Made by a program: the position numbers and the translations under genes. 64,000 nt of DNA from Chrysomallon squamiferum (lineage: Eukaryota > Animalia > Mollusca): assembly GCA_012295275.1 (NCBI GenBank), contig CM022669.1, positions 18,724,001 through 18,788,000 of the forward strand. The letters are read 5' to 3'. How positions within the stretch are numbered: position 1 is the stretch's first letter; each line of letters starts with the position of its first letter. Positions 58,960 through 64,000 of this stretch are shown here, in pieces. Below the pieces are notes generated by a model that was not told the DNA's origin, did not search any database, and was given only the letters and a program-made list of their open reading frames with translations.

Positions 58960-59210
58960 CGCTTCTGTCGTTTAATAATATTGGTACACTGCTTATAAAC
59001 TTCATCAAAGCCTTAGATAATTTTCCTTGTCAGTTTCTCACAAGGTGCTCGCGCAAAAGTACGCCTCTATATGAATATTAATAAGGTCGGGAACAATCTG
59101 TGTGCTTCGCGCCTATCACTTCTGTCAGTGTCAACGATTGGTCCGCGCTGCGATAATGACATTTCAAGTGACGAGGAAACGAGGCCCTTCAGCTCTGTGA
59201 CGTCACTGCG
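58960..59210 (-). promoter_or_regulatory. FoxQ2 proximal promoter
   Basis: Minus strand: TTTATAAG TATA-like box (TATAAG at 58997-58992) about 31 nt before a CA dinucleotide (A at 58966). Also CTTTGAT at 59004-59010, GACCAATCG CCAAT box at 59137-59141 and palindromic CRE GTGACGTCAC at 59197-59206. The region is CpG-rich. Confidence 0.65.
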
Positions 59211-59306
59211 TTGTTCGTCTGCGTTCGGACTGCTTCTCTTTGGGTCATTCGCTTTTCTGCTCTCACTCGATCTGGCGTTAACGGGTGCTGTGTTGTTGTC
59301 TTTTGT

Positions 59307-59341
<35 letters not shown>

Positions 59342-59427
59342 CTATCTGTTTATATGTTGTTGTTTTTTTTACTGTTTAAATGTTTAAACTTTTTTTTGTA
59401 TAGTTTTAATTTAAAATTAATTTTATA

Positions 59428-59462
<35 letters not shown>

Positions 59463-59472
59463 GTTGTTGTTG

Positions 59473-59521
<49 letters not shown>

Positions 59522-60234
59522 ACACTGAAGGCTGGAATTTCAGAATTATTTATAAGAGAAAAATAAGTTAATTTTGCAGAATCTTTATTATTGTTTTATT
59601 TTATTTTATTCTATTCTATTCTATTCTATTCTATTCTATTCTATTCTATTTATTTATTATTTTATTTATTACTATTACTATTAACACAATCACCATTTAT
59701 ATTCAGCATCATCGTTATTAACATCGATATCATCTTCATTACCTCAAGCACTAACAGTCAACACAAGTCATTAAGCCTTAGCAAGTGTTAATCTAATTCT
59801 GTGTGTTTGGTTTTTTATTTTTTATTTTTTCAAATTGATTGTTTAATCCATAGATAATAAAATAATCTGCATGGCACGAAGAAAATCGCCTGCTTGCAGA
59901 ATCTAATTTTAAAATTAAATTTAAAAATTAGTTTTATAAAATAATAAGGAACAGGAGTCAAAAAACATCTCTTTCTGTTTACGTCTTACATAGAAAGATA
60001 TACACACATAAATAAATAATGCCCATACGCTCACAACACACACACACACCATACACAGACACACACACACACACACACCATACACAGACACACACACAGA
60101 CACACACACAGACACACACACAGACATATATATTTACAGGCATTCACCCACATGGATATGTTAAATAAAATGTACCTGTATAAAAACCATCCCTAATGAA
60201 ATTATAAAAGACAGAAAAGTTAAATAAAATGAGT

Positions 60235-60324
<90 letters not shown>

Positions 60325-60457
60325 TAACAACACCAACAATAATAATAAATACATCTCTGAAAATCCTAAACTTAAATTTTTCCATGAAAAAAAGAAAAGA
60401 ATGTAAATGTCCAGATGTTCTTACAACTTGATCACTTTTCTAAAATTCCATCATTTT

Positions 60458-60537
<80 letters not shown>

Positions 60538-60830
60538 TTATCATTAATAATTTGGGAAATATCAGATATTAAAGTAATTTAGAAAAAAGGTAATTAGTAA
60601 AATATAAATTAAACATACGGTTTAGTCTGTGGAATATCTGTATTAAATAATATTTCTTAAAGTTATGATAATTCTTATCACCATTCTTAATAATATCAGT
60701 CATCATAAATAACAATATTGTCATAATAAACATAACCATGAAAATCATGGTTGTTGTTATTATTATTATATTCGTCTTTTAGAAATTATGTAAAGAATTA
60801 TATATATGTATTTGTGTATATATGTGATTG

Positions 60831-60877
<47 letters not shown>

Positions 60878-60903
60878 ATCTATATATATATATCATATAT
60901 CTA

Positions 60904-60942
<39 letters not shown>

Positions 60943-62649
60943 TTATTTATAGATAGATAGATAGATAGACAGATAGACAGATAGATAGATAGATAGACAC
61001 ACATATACATATATAAACAGATGTATGTAACCGAATATATATACATATATATTATTCTTCGTCTTCTTCTTCTTCTTTTCTTCTTCTTCTTCTTCTTATT
61101 ATTATTATTACTGTTGTTGTTGTTGTTGTTGCTGTTGTTGTTGCTGCTGCTGATCCTGCTGTTGTTGTTTTTGTTATTATTATTGTTGTTGTTGTTGTAG
61201 TTGTTGCTGCTGTTGTTGTTATTATTATTACCTTTATTATTTAATTATTACTGTTATTGTTACTGTTGTTGCTATAGTTGTTATACATTTTATTGTTTTT
61301 TTTTTTAATCTAGTTCATCAGCTTTAATCGACTTTGTTGATAAAACTTCACACAGATTAAGAAAACATAAGAAAATAATTAAGGATAAAAAATTACTGTT
61401 AACTATTTTACAACACGCAGATTAAATATATATATTTTTTTAAATCAATAAGTCATTTTGTTATTTAAATTATGTATGATTGAAAAATGATGTAAATGAA
61501 AACTGATTAACGTATTTTCACAATGCACGGTAATTTAATTTTTTATTTTTATTTATTTAATATTATTTTAATTCTTAAAATAATAAAATAAAAATTCTTA
61601 CCTGCCATTATAACAGCGAAAATATTACATTCAATTAAAAGTTAATAAATATTTATTCGGTTGCCTCCTGGTGAAATTTTAAAATTTAAACTGATGACAG
61701 AATTAAGGAATATGTTTTATTAATGCACAAAATGAGCTGTTTCATCAAGGGTGAAAAAAAAGAAGAAGAAGAAAAGAGAGAGTGAGAGAGAAAAAAAAGT
61801 TTTATTAATAGACGTCTATTTTGGTTATTAAACCTCTCTGTCTCTCTCTGAATTAATTTTCAGAATATTAAATTACTAATTATATGCCTTTGTTATTATT
61901 ATTTATTTTTATTAATTTAATTTAATTCTATTTAGTTTCAATATTATTAAACTTCGTAAAAAGGTAAAATACATTATAATAAAAAAAAAGATCTGTCTTA
62001 AATATGATCAAGGTGTAAAAATAAGAATAACAAAAAGTTTCAGAAGTACTGATATATATATATATATATATATACCAGAACCTGTTTCAAAGTAGTTTTC
62101 AAAAAGAAACATGTAACAGATAAAACATAATTAGCATAAAGAGAAACACGCGTTTCTTTGTTCTGTTAACGGTCGAAATAAAAAGACAGAACTCAGAGAA
62201 CAAAGACAAGAACAACAACAACTAAAAACAAGTAGTGAAGAAAAGAAAAGAAAAAATACAATAAAAAGAAAGTAGATGAAGAAATGAAAGAAGAATTAAA
62301 TTAGAATAGGAAAACGAAAGAAAATGGAAAGAAGAAGGAGGAGAAAGACATAACAACAATAGGATAAAAGTGTATAAGATTTATACAAATTATACGAAAA
62401 AAGATGAAAATAAATGGAAAAAATAAGATTTAAAAATATAGAAAAACATAGAAAAGAAAAAGACAAAAAAAAAAAAAAAAGAAAAAAAAAGAAGAAAAAT
62501 TAAATAAAACAGAAACTAAAGAAATAAATTTAAAAAAAGACAAGAAAACCGAAGAAAAAGAAAGAAAAAGAAAAAGAAAAATACGAAACAGGACGAAGAA
62601 ATAAATAACAAAACAGAACAAAAAAAAAAAAAAAAAAAAAAGATGCTGA

Positions 62650-62979
62650 TAATAACAGGTCGACCATCACTGAAATAATTTACATGCGTTTCATATTTTC
62701 ATTGAATTGGGGAAACCATTTAACGTGAATTAGTCCGCGAGAGAGGCTGGCAGTCTCGCTTCACTCCCTCCCACTCCGCCGTCACACGTTGTGAATCATA
62801 ATGCGTGTTTACACACACGAAACAACGAGACCGCTTGTCACATGAAGTGGTGCGGACCCCTCCAGTGTCTCCCCTTCTCCTGAGTGACAGCTCTCTATTT
62901 ACCGGATATTTGTGTAATTCGGCAGGCTCTCTGATACGACAATGTACCAATTTCGTTTGCTGACGGCGGTAGGTCAGGA

Positions 62980-62980
<1 letters not shown>
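62650..62980. promoter_or_regulatory. Upstream complex island ~3.7 kb 5' of FoxQ2, candidate enhancer
   Basis: Complex GC-richer block between simple repeats. It contains TGTTTAC (forkhead), TGACAG (TALE), ACAATG (Sox) and TAATT motifs. Confidence 0.35.
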
Positions 62981-63023
<43 letters not shown>

Positions 63024-63068
63024 AGAAGAAAGAAAGAAAACACACACATATACATACATACATATGTA

Positions 63069-63125
<57 letters not shown>

Positions 63126-63776
63126 AATATAACTCGCATGTACCTGTTATGTTGTTAATACAACTGATGTCAACCACTGATAGTAGATGAATGAATCTAA
63201 TTCTTTTTTTTTTTTTTTTTTTAAGAATAATAACAAGCTTGCAATTTACTGACTGCTCGAAAGGTGCTTCGGGGTATGTTGAATATGGCTGCAATGTCAA
63301 ATGAAAGAGCTCCATGTTTTTCTAAGGATATTTAGGCTCGTGTTTTGATAAAGTGTTAATTTATCCAAATAAGTACTCTATAGCAGGCTCGGAGAGGGAG
63401 AAAAGATGTGTAAAATAAGTGTGTAGTTTGTGGGTATTGAAAACAAAATGTGTGGGTGTACCTTTGACATGCTTTCTTGTATGTTTCGTTCTATTACGTT
63501 TCTTTATGTTTTCACTTGTTATTGAATTATATTTTAAAGTTTAGCGTTTGTTTGTTTGTTTGTTTGTTTGTGTGTTTAATTTATTTACAAGTTTTATTTA
63601 TATTTTATCGTTTTATTCGCAGTTAATTGCTGTATTTTTATTTAGTTTAGTTTATTGTGGATTCACATGATTTATAGATGGAAAGAATGAAAGAGAAACA
63701 GAGAGAAAACAAAAATGAGAGAAAAGATAAACGGAGAGACACATAGAGAGAAAAGGAGCCAGATAGACAGACAGAC

Positions 63777-63780
<4 letters not shown>

Positions 63781-63853
<73 letters not shown>
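63781..63853. repeat. (AG)n microsatellite
   Basis: Direct reading. Confidence 0.99.
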
Positions 63854-63857
<4 letters not shown>

Positions 63858-64000
63858 GTTATTTTGGCTATACTTGTTAAATCAAATAACAGGCTAACAA
63901 AGTAAATTTTATTTTTGAAAATACTTGTTTAGAAATGGGAAAACGTGTACCAGCTACATTTTTTAGTTCAACAGTTGAGAGAAGTACAGATGCACTCAAA

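Overview
AT-rich, microsatellite-dense animal genomic DNA. It is probably a lophotrochozoan, possibly a mollusc; this is inferred from the protein and repeat content. Only one convincing protein-coding gene is present: an intronless FoxQ2-class forkhead transcription factor on the minus strand (57424-58815) with an EH1-like repressor motif C-terminal to the forkhead domain. It has a readable core promoter (TATA-like box, CCAAT, CRE and a TCF-type site), a 13-codon uORF and a candidate poly(A) signal. The ~57 kb downstream is a gene desert in which roughly 30 complex CpG-rich islands alternate with simple repeats, as expected for the regulatory domain of a developmental gene. Other items: a 41-42 bp minisatellite with one forkhead consensus site per unit, a 29-bp perfect inverted repeat 1.3 kb past the stop codon, a decayed Ginger/KRBA2-like integrase fragment, tRNA-SINE-like remnants and several local duplications. 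The other listed ORFs are mostly microsatellite translations or unrecognisable short frames. No clearly novel system is proven by the sequence alone; the regulatory interpretations are hypotheses.
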